A stretch of DNA of 64,000 bases, taken from NCBI GenBank assembly GCA_964354805.1, contig CAYHBD010000010.1, positions 8,420-72,419 of the forward strand, in the 5' to 3' direction. The stretch is from an uncultured archaeon. Its GTDB lineage: Archaea; Iainarchaeota; Iainarchaeia; Iainarchaeales; GCA-2688035. The position numbers were made by a program, and so were the translations under genes. The notes beneath the pieces are model-generated. The model saw only the letters and a program-made list of their open reading frames with translations. It did not search any database and had not been told where the DNA came from. The stretch's first letter is position 1. The number at the start of each line of letters is the position of its first letter. Shown here piece after piece: positions 35,911 through 45,738 of the stretch.

Positions 35911-36726
35911 CTGAAAGCCAAGAGCGCAATTGCTTTTCTTGCAATCCTGCTGTTATTCAGCGAGTGCTTTGCGCTGCAGGCAAGCGCTTTTTCTTTCAGC
36001 GACCTTTTCTCGATTTTTTTTAAGCCGGGCGCAATTCAAAGCAGCGGAGTTTTTTCCCTTCCGACAGCAAAATCCACGGCTGAAAAGGATTTGAGCAGCA
36101 GCTGCGTTAAATTGCTTAATGCAACCTCGCTTGGAAAAAAATATCTCTCAGCATGGGGCAACGATGAATTGCAGGGCTATTGCAAATTCCTGAAAGAGTT
36201 CCCATCAGGTTTTGGAAATGCCGTGATTAATGTAATGAAAAAAGAGTGGTACACGGACAGCTTGGTAAAACAAGCAGTTGAATTAGACAGCGCTGGCGAT
36301 TTCAAGAATTTTTTCAAGAAAGGCCACCCAATGACAATCATCAAGGACAGGTACAATCCAAGCAAAAGCAAAAAAGTGGATGGCCTTTTTGATGTTGGGA
36401 GCAGGGAGAATTACATTAAAGCAAGGGCAGTGAGCACTGAACTGCGCAAATGGGAAGATTTGAAAAACGCAATCCTTTCAGAAGCCGAATACTTCAAATA
36501 CAGCCCTTTGGGCGGGCGCTATGACAACACCATTGTAATAGAGCTTAGGAAGGGAACAAAGCTTGACACCAAAGCACTGCAGCAGGCAATATGGTTTGCG
36601 TACGAGGAAGACAGATTGAAGATGATCAACATCTCAAGAGTTGGAGTATACGATGCCAAAAAAGACAGCGTGCTCCTCTATGACAAAGAAGACTGGGAAT
36701 GGAACGCAAGAACAGTGAAAGACTGA
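35911..36726 (+). CDS. Putative secreted protein, possible nuclease-fold C-terminus (start CTG 35911 or TTG 36091)
   Basis: Frame open from 35905; upstream part encodes signal-like KAKSAIAFLAILLLFSECFA. Confidence 0.5.
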   Translation: MKAKSAIAFLAILLLFSECFALQASAFSFSDLFSIFFKPGAIQSSGVFSLPTAKSTAEKDLSSSCVKLLNATSLGKKYLSAWGNDELQGYCKFLKEFPSGFGNAVINVMKKEWYTDSLVKQAVELDSAGDFKNFFKKGHPMTIIKDRYNPSKSKKVDGLFDVGSRENYIKARAVSTELRKWEDLKNAILSEAEYFKYSPLGGRYDNTIVIELRKGTKLDTKALQQAIWFAYEEDRLKMINISRVGVYDAKKDSVLLYDKEDWEWNARTVKD

Positions 36727-36843
36727 TACAGCAACCGAATGAAGATGAAAAAATAACCAACTTTTTTAAGAGTAACAACCGCTGCTGAAACAAAGTCTTT
36801 TATTCATTTTCTTGAGGGAATTAGTTTAGGTGTTGGGGGTTGA

Positions 36844-39800
36844 ATGAATAAAATAAATTTGAATGGATTTGAAGCAAACAGGGTCTTCATCTATTTTTTA
36901 TTAATAACTGCCATTGTTTTAATCAGCGGTGTTGCTTTAAGCTATGACCAAAACAGTGAACAACTTCTTCCCACAATGGGCGTTGAAAATATTGACCTAA
37001 ATGAACAAGCTTTGAGAGAAACTCATTTCAAGCAATTACCTGAAGTAAGCGGAACCGGAACATACTTCAAAATCGAAAACAGCGATTTAAATGCCGGACT
37101 TTTGAGTTCGGTTTCTATCTCAGTAAGATTGTTTTCCGCAGGAAACATGATTGAATATAGTATTGGGCCAATTAGTAGAACATTGACGCTCCCACTTAGC
37201 ATAGATGCAAGCGATGCAGAACCAACAACTGAACAAAAAACAACAATTACGCTTGATGGCTTAGCGCTAAACACAACCTATTACATGTACGAAGACAGTT
37301 ATATGAATGAAAAACCGTTTACAACAGATTCAAAAGGGACTTATTCCTACGAACAAGATCTGTCCACCCAGCATAGTGTTTGGATTCAAACTTTAGAATC
37401 GAATACTTATTTTATTAGAGATGACGCAACTGGCGGAGACTGCGAAGGAAAGTCAATTGGAATTTGGAATCTAAGTACAAAAACATGTACTTTAACGACT
37501 GATTTAACAGAAACCGTACAAATCGATTCAAATAATATTACATTGAGCTGTAACCAACACAGCATCAATGGCAGTGTTTTTGTCCGCCAAAAAAATTGGA
37601 TAGTTATAGAGGATTGTAACGTCTATGGATCTAACTATGGCATTAGATTGGAGCTTTCAAATTATAATAAAGTTAATAACAACACCTCTTCGAATGTTTA
37701 TAGCGGAATATTGGTGGCTAATGGTGCCAATAATACTTTCACGAATAATAACATCCAGCGTAGTAGGTATTGTGGGATTTGGTTAGATCTGACGGGGTCC
37801 TATTCAGAACCTACTGGAAACAATCTTATTAATGACAACAATATTTTAAATGGTTACTACAATGGAATTTGTCTGGCCGACGCTAATCATAACTATATTA
37901 GCAATAATAAAATATCAAACATTAGTCGCGTTGGATGGACCACGGATGGAATTTGGTTCTCAAATTCTCATTTTAATACAGTCTCTAACAACACCATTAG
38001 TTCTATTGGCAGTGGGGGCGTGAGTATCGCAGATTCTTCTCATAACAATATTGTTGATAACAATATATCCAATACATCGGCAGGAATTTTTGTGTGGGGT
38101 GCCAATAACATTATTGCCCACAATGCTATCTCAAACAGTGAAGATGGAATCTATCTTAGGGGTTCTATGGATACTATTGTTACGGGCAATTGGATTTTAA
38201 ATAACGCATATGGGGTACATTTAAGAGAATACACAATAGGCCCCCTCTTAACTTTAACTAACAACATTATCACAGATAATAATTATGGGGTCTTTTTTGA
38301 GCTTTATACGGCAACTCCACCTATTGTAAATAAAATAGCTTATAACGACATTTTTAACAATATTAGATACAATTTTGTCAATACCCTGCCATATAATGTA
38401 AAAGCAGAGTACAATTGGTGGGGGGCAACAGACGAAAACAAAATAGCCAGGAATATATATGATTATTTTGATTATAATCGTTACGGCATTGTTGATTACA
38501 CCCCTTGGCTGATGGCTCCATTTGAAGAAAGTCTTGCCTGCTTTAACGGCGTAAAAGACTACAACGAAACAGACATCGACTGCGGTGGCAGTTGCTTGGC
38601 ATGCGAAGAAGGAAGGCGCTGCCTGCAAAATAGTGACTGCATAAGCCAATACTGCAATATCTTGTACAACATCTGTGATGTGCCAGGCGATTTGTACATT
38701 GAGTGGGTTAAGCCGATTCAAGTAATTGAGGATGTTAACCTAGTTGCAGGCAAGGCAACTGTTGTAAGAGTGAAGGTAGTGAACAATGGGCCTGAAGTGG
38801 AGACAGGGATTGCATTAGACTATGGTAATAGTGGCAGCAGGGAAACTCAGACTGTTCTTATAAGGGCTTTTTCGTCCGAAATAGTTGATTTTTATTCAAC
38901 ACCGTATGACATAGCCGGAGCATATCAAATAACCGCAGAGGTGGATTCACTAAAAAATATTTCAGAAATAAACGAAAGCAATAACACAAAAGAAGTGGAC
39001 GTGAATGTGGTTGATGTCTTGGATTTTGATGTATTGTTTGTTCCAGCTTATTATTTTGAGTATGGGGCTTCTTTTGACGATTATGTGAAAGACTGGTTCA
39101 TAAATTATGAGTTTCTCTTAGGCACTTATCCTATACCAAACAACAAACTACATATCTGGCCACAATCTCAACAATTTACCAGTTGGTTGATTGCTGAAAG
39201 GTCTGGCTCGCATACTAGTACAGATGTCAGAAAGTTAGAATCTGCGTTGTGGGGTTATAAGATGAAAAATTATCCCCAATTTGATAGAGTTGTGGGGATT
39301 GTTCATGAAAACTGGATGTCTGAATCTTCTGGTGACGCATGGATGCCGGTAATGCCTTCTGTGGTGGTGATACAGCCTCAAAAGTACTATATGGCATTGG
39401 CTGCGCATGAATTAGGGCATACATATAGCTTGTGTGATGAATCCCAAAAATCGTTGTATGATACTCAGAATTTTTGGTATTGGTGGGGTTGTGCAAATAA
39501 GTATCCATCCTATTGTTCACAAAACCCACAGTGTTCGGGCAGTTTTGATATTAATGGCTTTTGGGTTGAGAAAAAAGAAGAAAGGAAAACGCTGGTTGAT
39601 GAAGGAGAGTACTATTACAGCATGATGGGTGCTTGGGGCAATAATGATAGGGCTTGGATTTCGGATTCGGATTACTTGCATCTTCTAAAGGAATTTCAGA
39701 CTCCTCACACTGACTTAAACCAAGTAATTATAGTCAGCGGCACAATTGACAAGGCAGGGGACATAAACTTTTTCACTTTTTATTTAGCTGAAAGCGTGGT

Positions 39801-42735
39801 TACCGGCACTTTGGATGGAAACTATGTATTGGAGTTGCAGGATGGCAGCGGGCAAGTGATTCAGGATTACAATTTCTCAGACCCCTTTTTTGGATGTGAT
39901 TCTGATTTAAATACAACAGGCTTTGCGTTCACTATTCCATTTGATTCTAGGGCACATAAAATTGTTGGAAAATATTTTAATGAAGTAAAAGACGAGCGAA
40001 TCATTACCTCAAACGCTCCAACTGTTGAAATCTATTCGCCTAAGGATGAAGATATTTGGAGTGGAATGCAAACAATAAACTGGAACGCAAGCGATGCGGA
40101 CGGTGACACAGATTTAAGCTACACATTGGAATACAGTGATGACAACGGAGAAAAATGGTATCTGATAACAACTGAATACAAAGAAAAAAGTTTTGCTTGG
40201 AATACTGATGGCGTCCAACCAGGAAACGCATACAAAATAAAAGTAACTGCAAGCGATGGAGTGAAAACTGGGGAAAGCAGCTCCAGCGCATTTACTATTC
40301 AAAACCCAGGCATTGAAATCCAGCCATTCATTTGGAGCTTTGGAAGCGCTGCACAAGGAAGCGTTATCTCAAAACAATTTAGCATAACAAACTCTGGAAA
40401 CGCTGACTTGGAATTGTATAACTTCAATGCGCCGGCAAATGTAGTCATTTCAGGGCTGCAGCTTCCGCTGACGTTGTCGCCTAGGCAAAACATTCAATTC
40501 AATGTTGAATTAAACACTGCTTTGTTGGATGGAACAATTGATGAAAATGCAGTGTTTTATTCAAATGACCCAAATGAATCGGAAAAACACTTTTTTATTG
40601 AGGGCACTATTTTTGCACCCAAAACAATGGATGGAAACCTGCATTTAGCAGACATGAATTCATACCTAAAAGAACAAGTGCATTATAGCGGGGCTACCTC
40701 AGCTCAAATGATTCTGAATTACATGAGAGAAGCTGCCGGATACCCACAGCTTCCACAGGAAACAATCTACTACTATGGACACAAGTACAATTTATCAGAT
40801 AATAATGAGTTACTGGAATTGGATGCTAATGCAATGAATGCTGTTTTAGGGCATTTTGACCCATACGATTTTATTATAAGCGAACCTTATGACCTCTATG
40901 ACTCGCTCGCAGACGGCAACCCATATCAGGGTTATAGCTTTACTATTGACACTTTTGATGCAAACACCGACCCGGAAGCTGCAAGCAATTATATGAGTGG
41001 CATTGCCCATTGGATGGCTTATCCTGTGAAAAGAAAAGCGTGGTGGTTTGACAGTGAATTGGTTGCAAAACCAAACACGCCAGCAGCAATCCCATTATAT
41101 GGCAACTATGCTCACTGGGCAGTTGTAAACGGCTTTGCAGCAAGCGGAAACCCAGTGCCAAACCCAAGCGTAAACCCCTGGCAGTCAGACCCAGTTACAA
41201 TTTATGGTTTCTGGTTGACTGACCCGGCAGAAGAAGGCATAGGACAGCATGTTTTTGTTACAGCAGCTGACGCAAATGCTGTCTACTTCAAGCCAATGGA
41301 TTCAAACGATTCTTTCAAAGGAAAGTATTTGCAGATTGCAGAGCCGCCAGTGCTTCCACCAGAGGAAAGCGGATTAGAAATTGAAGCAGGCAACAAGTTT
41401 AAAGCAGAAATTCCAGCGCCTGTTTCACAACAAGCTAACTTGCGCTTTGTTGGAGTTGAAAGTGAAGTAGAGCCAGAAATGAGGACAATGTCCATAAAGA
41501 ATGCTGGAGCTGGGGCTGCTGCAGGGGAAGAAGAGCCCATGCAAGAGAAAAAGAGCTGGAGAGATTTGGTTGATTCCCACTTGTTGTTAGACCAAAGCGC
41601 GGTTGCTGCATTTGAGGGCGCTGAAATGGCTGAACCATTGCAGGTGCATGAATTAGTGGAAAACAGGGACTATTATCTAGTGCCATTCAACAAAGAAGGC
41701 TTGACATCAGGCGTAATAATGTTGGATGCAGAAGAAGGGTACTTTAAGCAAGCGAGCTGGACAACAGAGCCAGAACAGTATCCTGCAGTTGAAGAACAAA
41801 ATGCTGTCTCACTCGTAAAAAAAGAAATCAATCCAAAGCCAACAGAAAGCTTGGCAGTTGAATTCAATTCATTTGCTGAAGCAAGCGCACAGCTTGCATG
41901 GCAACCGAATAATTACAGCAAAAGCCCGTTCAAACCATACTGGGTAATAGAAATGGGGGGTGGCAGATGGATTGCAACACAAGAAGGAAAATTGTACGAA
42001 ATTCTGCCACCTACATCTACTAAAGCAGACACACAAGTCATTGAAATTGCTACTGTGCCACCAGAATCAAACGGCTTTACAAACTTGGGCAAATACTTTG
42101 AAATAATCAACCCAAACATAGATGACGGTTCATTCTCAGCAACCCTGGCATTCTTCTACAACGATGCAGACAACGATGGAATAGTAGACGGAACAAACAT
42201 AGAAGAACAAAATTTGAACGTATACTATTACAAAGAAGAAAAAGGCTGGACAGAAATAACAGAGCCCGAAAGAAACACAGAAGCAAACACAATCAGCACA
42301 ACAACCAATCATTTCACGCTGTTTGCGTTAATGAAAGAAAACCCGGAACCCGAGCTAGAGCATACTCAGCCATCGACGCCAGCAGACAGAGGCAGCACTG
42401 GTGGTGGCGTAAGCGGCGGGTCTGGAATTATTGCTAACAAGCAAACAAATGGCGTTGAAAACATTGAAAGCGAATTGGGTGACTCTGCAAAAGGCATTAT
42501 AGAGAAGGAAGAACCAAGTGAGAAACAAATTGAAGAAATGGGGGTCATTGCTGAAGCTGGGGAAGAAAAAGGGGTTATAGAAGAAACCAGCGAAATGAAA
42601 CCGCAAACAATAACAGGATTGATAGTATTCGGTAGCGATAAAACAATTGTCATGCTTTTAGGTTGCCTGCTAATCGCCCTTATTATAATAGTGAAAACTT
42701 ATTTAAGCAAAAAAAGTGCGGGCAACACATTTTGA
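36844..42735 (+). CDS. 1963-aa membrane-anchored surface protein (beta-helix, Cys-rich, CARDB/Ig, HExxH, C39-like domains)
   Basis: Signal peptide; NosD-like NN-I repeats; CFNGVKD..DCGGSC; EINESNN; HELGH; YSGATSAQMILNY; C-terminal TM. Confidence 0.85.
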   Translation: MNKINLNGFEANRVFIYFLLITAIVLISGVALSYDQNSEQLLPTMGVENIDLNEQALRETHFKQLPEVSGTGTYFKIENSDLNAGLLSSVSISVRLFSAGNMIEYSIGPISRTLTLPLSIDASDAEPTTEQKTTITLDGLALNTTYYMYEDSYMNEKPFTTDSKGTYSYEQDLSTQHSVWIQTLESNTYFIRDDATGGDCEGKSIGIWNLSTKTCTLTTDLTETVQIDSNNITLSCNQHSINGSVFVRQKNWIVIEDCNVYGSNYGIRLELSNYNKVNNNTSSNVYSGILVANGANNTFTNNNIQRSRYCGIWLDLTGSYSEPTGNNLINDNNILNGYYNGICLADANHNYISNNKISNISRVGWTTDGIWFSNSHFNTVSNNTISSIGSGGVSIADSSHNNIVDNNISNTSAGIFVWGANNIIAHNAISNSEDGIYLRGSMDTIVTGNWILNNAYGVHLREYTIGPLLTLTNNIITDNNYGVFFELYTATPPIVNKIAYNDIFNNIRYNFVNTLPYNVKAEYNWWGATDENKIARNIYDYFDYNRYGIVDYTPWLMAPFEESLACFNGVKDYNETDIDCGGSCLACEEGRRCLQNSDCISQYCNILYNICDVPGDLYIEWVKPIQVIEDVNLVAGKATVVRVKVVNNGPEVETGIALDYGNSGSRETQTVLIRAFSSEIVDFYSTPYDIAGAYQITAEVDSLKNISEINESNNTKEVDVNVVDVLDFDVLFVPAYYFEYGASFDDYVKDWFINYEFLLGTYPIPNNKLHIWPQSQQFTSWLIAERSGSHTSTDVRKLESALWGYKMKNYPQFDRVVGIVHENWMSESSGDAWMPVMPSVVVIQPQKYYMALAAHELGHTYSLCDESQKSLYDTQNFWYWWGCANKYPSYCSQNPQCSGSFDINGFWVEKKEERKTLVDEGEYYYSMMGAWGNNDRAWISDSDYLHLLKEFQTPHTDLNQVIIVSGTIDKAGDINFFTFYLAESVVTGTLDGNYVLELQDGSGQVIQDYNFSDPFFGCDSDLNTTGFAFTIPFDSRAHKIVGKYFNEVKDERIITSNAPTVEIYSPKDEDIWSGMQTINWNASDADGDTDLSYTLEYSDDNGEKWYLITTEYKEKSFAWNTDGVQPGNAYKIKVTASDGVKTGESSSSAFTIQNPGIEIQPFIWSFGSAAQGSVISKQFSITNSGNADLELYNFNAPANVVISGLQLPLTLSPRQNIQFNVELNTALLDGTIDENAVFYSNDPNESEKHFFIEGTIFAPKTMDGNLHLADMNSYLKEQVHYSGATSAQMILNYMREAAGYPQLPQETIYYYGHKYNLSDNNELLELDANAMNAVLGHFDPYDFIISEPYDLYDSLADGNPYQGYSFTIDTFDANTDPEAASNYMSGIAHWMAYPVKRKAWWFDSELVAKPNTPAAIPLYGNYAHWAVVNGFAASGNPVPNPSVNPWQSDPVTIYGFWLTDPAEEGIGQHVFVTAADANAVYFKPMDSNDSFKGKYLQIAEPPVLPPEESGLEIEAGNKFKAEIPAPVSQQANLRFVGVESEVEPEMRTMSIKNAGAGAAAGEEEPMQEKKSWRDLVDSHLLLDQSAVAAFEGAEMAEPLQVHELVENRDYYLVPFNKEGLTSGVIMLDAEEGYFKQASWTTEPEQYPAVEEQNAVSLVKKEINPKPTESLAVEFNSFAEASAQLAWQPNNYSKSPFKPYWVIEMGGGRWIATQEGKLYEILPPTSTKADTQVIEIATVPPESNGFTNLGKYFEIINPNIDDGSFSATLAFFYNDADNDGIVDGTNIEEQNLNVYYYKEEKGWTEITEPERNTEANTISTTTNHFTLFALMKENPEPELEHTQPSTPADRGSTGGGVSGGSGIIANKQTNGVENIESELGDSAKGIIEKEEPSEKQIEEMGVIAEAGEEKGVIEETSEMKPQTITGLIVFGSDKTIVMLLGCLLIALIIIVKTYLSKKSAGNTF

Positions 42736-42768
42736 ATGGTGTCTTTGTCTTTTTGGCGTCAAAAGCCT

Positions 42769-43353
42769 TTATGCAAGGAATAAAGCTAATGCATAGAAAA
42801 ATACGGCTAAGAGTATTATGTATGGGCCCAAAAGTTTGAGTTTGCGTTTTCTTTTAAAACGCCCAGCTATGATAAAAGCCATGCCCAAGAAAAAGATAGG
42901 AAAAGACAGCAAACGAAAGATGAACGCCATTTGCCCTCTTGTGATTGCTTCTTCTAGGGAAGTGCTCAAAGAGCCAACACAAGTAATAGTTAAGATCTCT
43001 TTCTCACCAGACTGGGGTATATAAGTCATTAAAATTTCACTGTGGTGGAAAGTAACTCCAGGAAGTAAATTCCCTTCGATTTGAAATTCTTCCCCAGAGC
43101 CTATCACTCCCTCAAGCGGTTTTTCAATTACGAATACATCGCTTTTAGATTCAATCGAAGTTATGGTAATATTTCCTTCCGTTTTATTAATTAACTTTAC
43201 AAAAGAAGCCCCCTCCTCCGGCCTTATAAAACGGGAGTCTTTTAGCAATATTTTAGTTGGATTAGAAGTACTGCAAACTGTTCCCACTGATATCGCAACA
43301 GCAATATTGGATAATAAAACCAAGCAAATCAACATAGCGAAATATTTTTTCAT
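42769..43353 (-). CDS. Secreted domain with two C-terminal TM (paralog of 28778-29227)
   Basis: Signal peptide; VCSTSNPTKI..TITCVG. Confidence 0.75.
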   Translation of the reverse strand: MKKYFAMLICLVLLSNIAVAISVGTVCSTSNPTKILLKDSRFIRPEEGASFVKLINKTEGNITITSIESKSDVFVIEKPLEGVIGSGEEFQIEGNLLPGVTFHHSEILMTYIPQSGEKEILTITCVGSLSTSLEEAITRGQMAFIFRLLSFPIFFLGMAFIIAGRFKRKRKLKLLGPYIILLAVFFYALALFLA

Positions 43354-43459
43354 TTCAATTCTAATTAACGCTAAACTTGTATTTAAAGTTTGATTCGTGA
43401 CATTTTTGGGTACATTAATGAACTAATTAATAAAAAAACAACAACTTGGAGTTTTCCAA

Positions 43460-44110
43460 TCAGCTGTGCTTTCCCTTCAGCGGAACGAAGACAAAGCAGC
43501 ACTTGCTTTCTTTTTCAACAGCTTTCCCTTTTTGCTTTTCAATTAAAACCATTTCCTGCGAAAACCTGCCTCCAAGCGGTGCAACCAATTTTCCTTTTTC
43601 ACGCAGCTGTTCAATCAATGGCTCTGGGATCTGCCTGCACGCAGCGCTGATTAAGATTCTGTCAAAGGGCGCTTCCTCTTTCCATCCAAGGGTTCCATCG
43701 CTGCAGCGCAAAAAAACGTTTTCGCAGCCAAGCAGAGCAAGGGCTTTCACTGCCTGCTGGTGCAGGGCATGCAATAGCTCAATACCAAACACAGCCCCTT
43801 TTTTCCCAACAAGCTCTGAAAGCAGTGCTGCAACGTAACCGCTTCCTGCCCCCACTTCCAGAACCTTGTTTCCTTTCTGCGCTGAAAGCATTTCAAGCAT
43901 TATTGCAATAGTGCTAGGCTGCGATATTGTCTGCCCTGAACCAATTGGGAAAGCGCTGTCAGCGTAAGCGTAATCAATCAGCGCTGCTGGAAAAAATTTT
44001 TCCCTTGCAACAGCGAGAAAAGCGTTGCGCACTGCTTCGCTTTGAATGCTGCAGGCTGCCTGCATTTCCCCTACCAATCGCTTTCTTTTCTGTTCAAAGC
44101 TTTCGCTCAA
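43460..44110 (-). CDS. pcm: Protein-L-isoaspartate O-methyltransferase
   Basis: GQTISQP, LEVGAGSGY, APFDRI, FVPL. Confidence 0.95.
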   Translation of the reverse strand: MSESFEQKRKRLVGEMQAACSIQSEAVRNAFLAVAREKFFPAALIDYAYADSAFPIGSGQTISQPSTIAIMLEMLSAQKGNKVLEVGAGSGYVAALLSELVGKKGAVFGIELLHALHQQAVKALALLGCENVFLRCSDGTLGWKEEAPFDRILISAACRQIPEPLIEQLREKGKLVAPLGGRFSQEMVLIEKQKGKAVEKESKCCFVFVPLKGKHS

Positions 44111-45036
44111 CTAGATCGCTCTCTTTCCCTAATCAATTGCATTAAATCCCGGAATTTGCTTAATGTGCTCAGCTCTTCTTCCGCAATTATCGGGATTTGC
44201 TCAAAGCGCTTCACTTTTTTGTCCTTTGCAATAATGAAGGGCTCTGCCTTGAATACTTTTTTTGTTTTTTCCAGGTCAATTGCCTTTCTTTTAATTTCCA
44301 TTCCATGGCTTACTTTTCCGATTAACAGGCTTTCAGCCGGGCTGCTATATGCCTTGAACGGAGCGTGCTTGAATAAAGCTATTTTAATGCCAAGCTCATG
44401 CACCTGCTCCAAAGCCCTGTCGTCAATGTGCTCGCTGTAAAAGCCCTTAATCTCTTTTTCGCTCGGCTGAGCAGCTGCAAACAAATCGATTTTTTTAATC
44501 AAAGCAGTTGCAAGCGCGTCCTCAAGCTTTTCAGCCATTGAAAGCGAAGCTGTTGCGCCCTTCTCATACCTGTGGATTGATTCAACAGTGCTTTCAACCT
44601 GTTCTGCAAGTTGTTGCAGCGTCAAGCCAAGCTGCTTTCTCCTCTGCCTGAGCTTCTCCTTGTCCAATTCAACAATGCTCTTTCCCTTGAAGTAGCGCAC
44701 TGAGGGAAACCTCTCGGCCAGCAGCCCCTTAAAGCTATCAATGTTCAAAGCAGCCAGGCCATACCTCTCATACAGAACGCCGTTGCTCAAAGCAAAAGCC
44801 TTGCTTTTTTCGCCCAAAATCAAAACAGTTGCATTGAACAGGGAAGCAATCTTCCGCAGCTCTGCAGCGTGCTCTTCCCTCATTGCATCAATGTTGTTGA
44901 AAACCTTCACAACAAGAGTCAAATCAGGCCTTTTTGCAACCAAATCAAAGCAGGCATTGCTGTGCAGAAAGCCCTCAACATCAAAACCGTTCTCCTTGAG
45001 CAAAGCAATTGCCCTCAACAAAATCGTTTCCCGCAT
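44107..45036 (-). CDS. Conserved archaeal HTH regulator with nuclease-like N-terminal domain
   Basis: CFDLVAKR..KVFNNID, GVLYERYG, Xre-type HTH. Confidence 0.82.
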   Translation of the reverse strand: MRETILLRAIALLKENGFDVEGFLHSNACFDLVAKRPDLTLVVKVFNNIDAMREEHAAELRKIASLFNATVLILGEKSKAFALSNGVLYERYGLAALNIDSFKGLLAERFPSVRYFKGKSIVELDKEKLRQRRKQLGLTLQQLAEQVESTVESIHRYEKGATASLSMAEKLEDALATALIKKIDLFAAAQPSEKEIKGFYSEHIDDRALEQVHELGIKIALFKHAPFKAYSSPAESLLIGKVSHGMEIKRKAIDLEKTKKVFKAEPFIIAKDKKVKRFEQIPIIAEEELSTLSKFRDLMQLIRERERSS

Positions 45037-45095
45037 TTCGCATCGCCAAAGCAAATATTTAAATTAAGTTAAAAACCCTTTTTTAATGGTATTCA

Positions 45096-45386
45096 ATGCC
45101 TCTGTTCAGAAGAAAGAAAATGCCATTGCTGCCTGGGAAAACATTTAAACCAAGGAAGCATATTGACAGAAGGGAAGAAAACTGGGCTTTGAATGTTCTG
45201 CCAAGCGGCATCAGTAAAGAGCCGACCTTTGTTGTTTACAAAGCCGATTACCCAAAAATGGCTGAACCAACGCCCGCTGTAGTTAGAGGCGGCGCGTTTA
45301 CAGTGGAATTGCTTGAAAGAAGAGGGCAGGCTGCAAAGAAAAAAGGCTTTTTACAACGGATTATAGAACGGTTTTGGAAAAAATGA
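45096..45386 (+). CDS. Basic orphan protein
   Basis: MPLFRRKK leader; TATA upstream. Confidence 0.55.
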   Translation: MPLFRRKKMPLLPGKTFKPRKHIDRREENWALNVLPSGISKEPTFVVYKADYPKMAEPTPAVVRGGAFTVELLERRGQAAKKKGFLQRIIERFWKK

Positions 45387-45472
45387 ATTTCGAATTTTCA
45401 ATTTCACAGCACGCATCGTAAAATAGCAAGGTTTAAATTCTTTGAAAGCATAGGTTTTATTGGTGAAATAAC

Positions 45473-45712
45473 ATGGGAAAAAGAGTGGAAGCGTTTCGTA
45501 GAAAGATTGGTTTGCAGGGTAGAAGAGAGGGAAAGGAGAGGCCATATTACCCTGGTGTTTCCCCTGGAGTGCCAGTACGGAAGGGGGTCCAGGGTGTGAA
45601 GGGGATGTATGAAATCCAAACAGCCCCAAACAGTAAATTCGTGTCTTTTGATAGGCGTCGCAGATTGCGCGATAGACTGTTTGGAAGAAAACAGCGTCCC
45701 GAACCAAAATAA
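45473..45712 (+). CDS. Basic orphan protein
   Basis: GGTGA RBS; MGKRVEAFRRK. Confidence 0.55.
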   Translation: MGKRVEAFRRKIGLQGRREGKERPYYPGVSPGVPVRKGVQGVKGMYEIQTAPNSKFVSFDRRRRLRDRLFGRKQRPEPK

Positions 45713-45738
45713 GTTTTTCTGCTTTATAGTGTTCAGTT

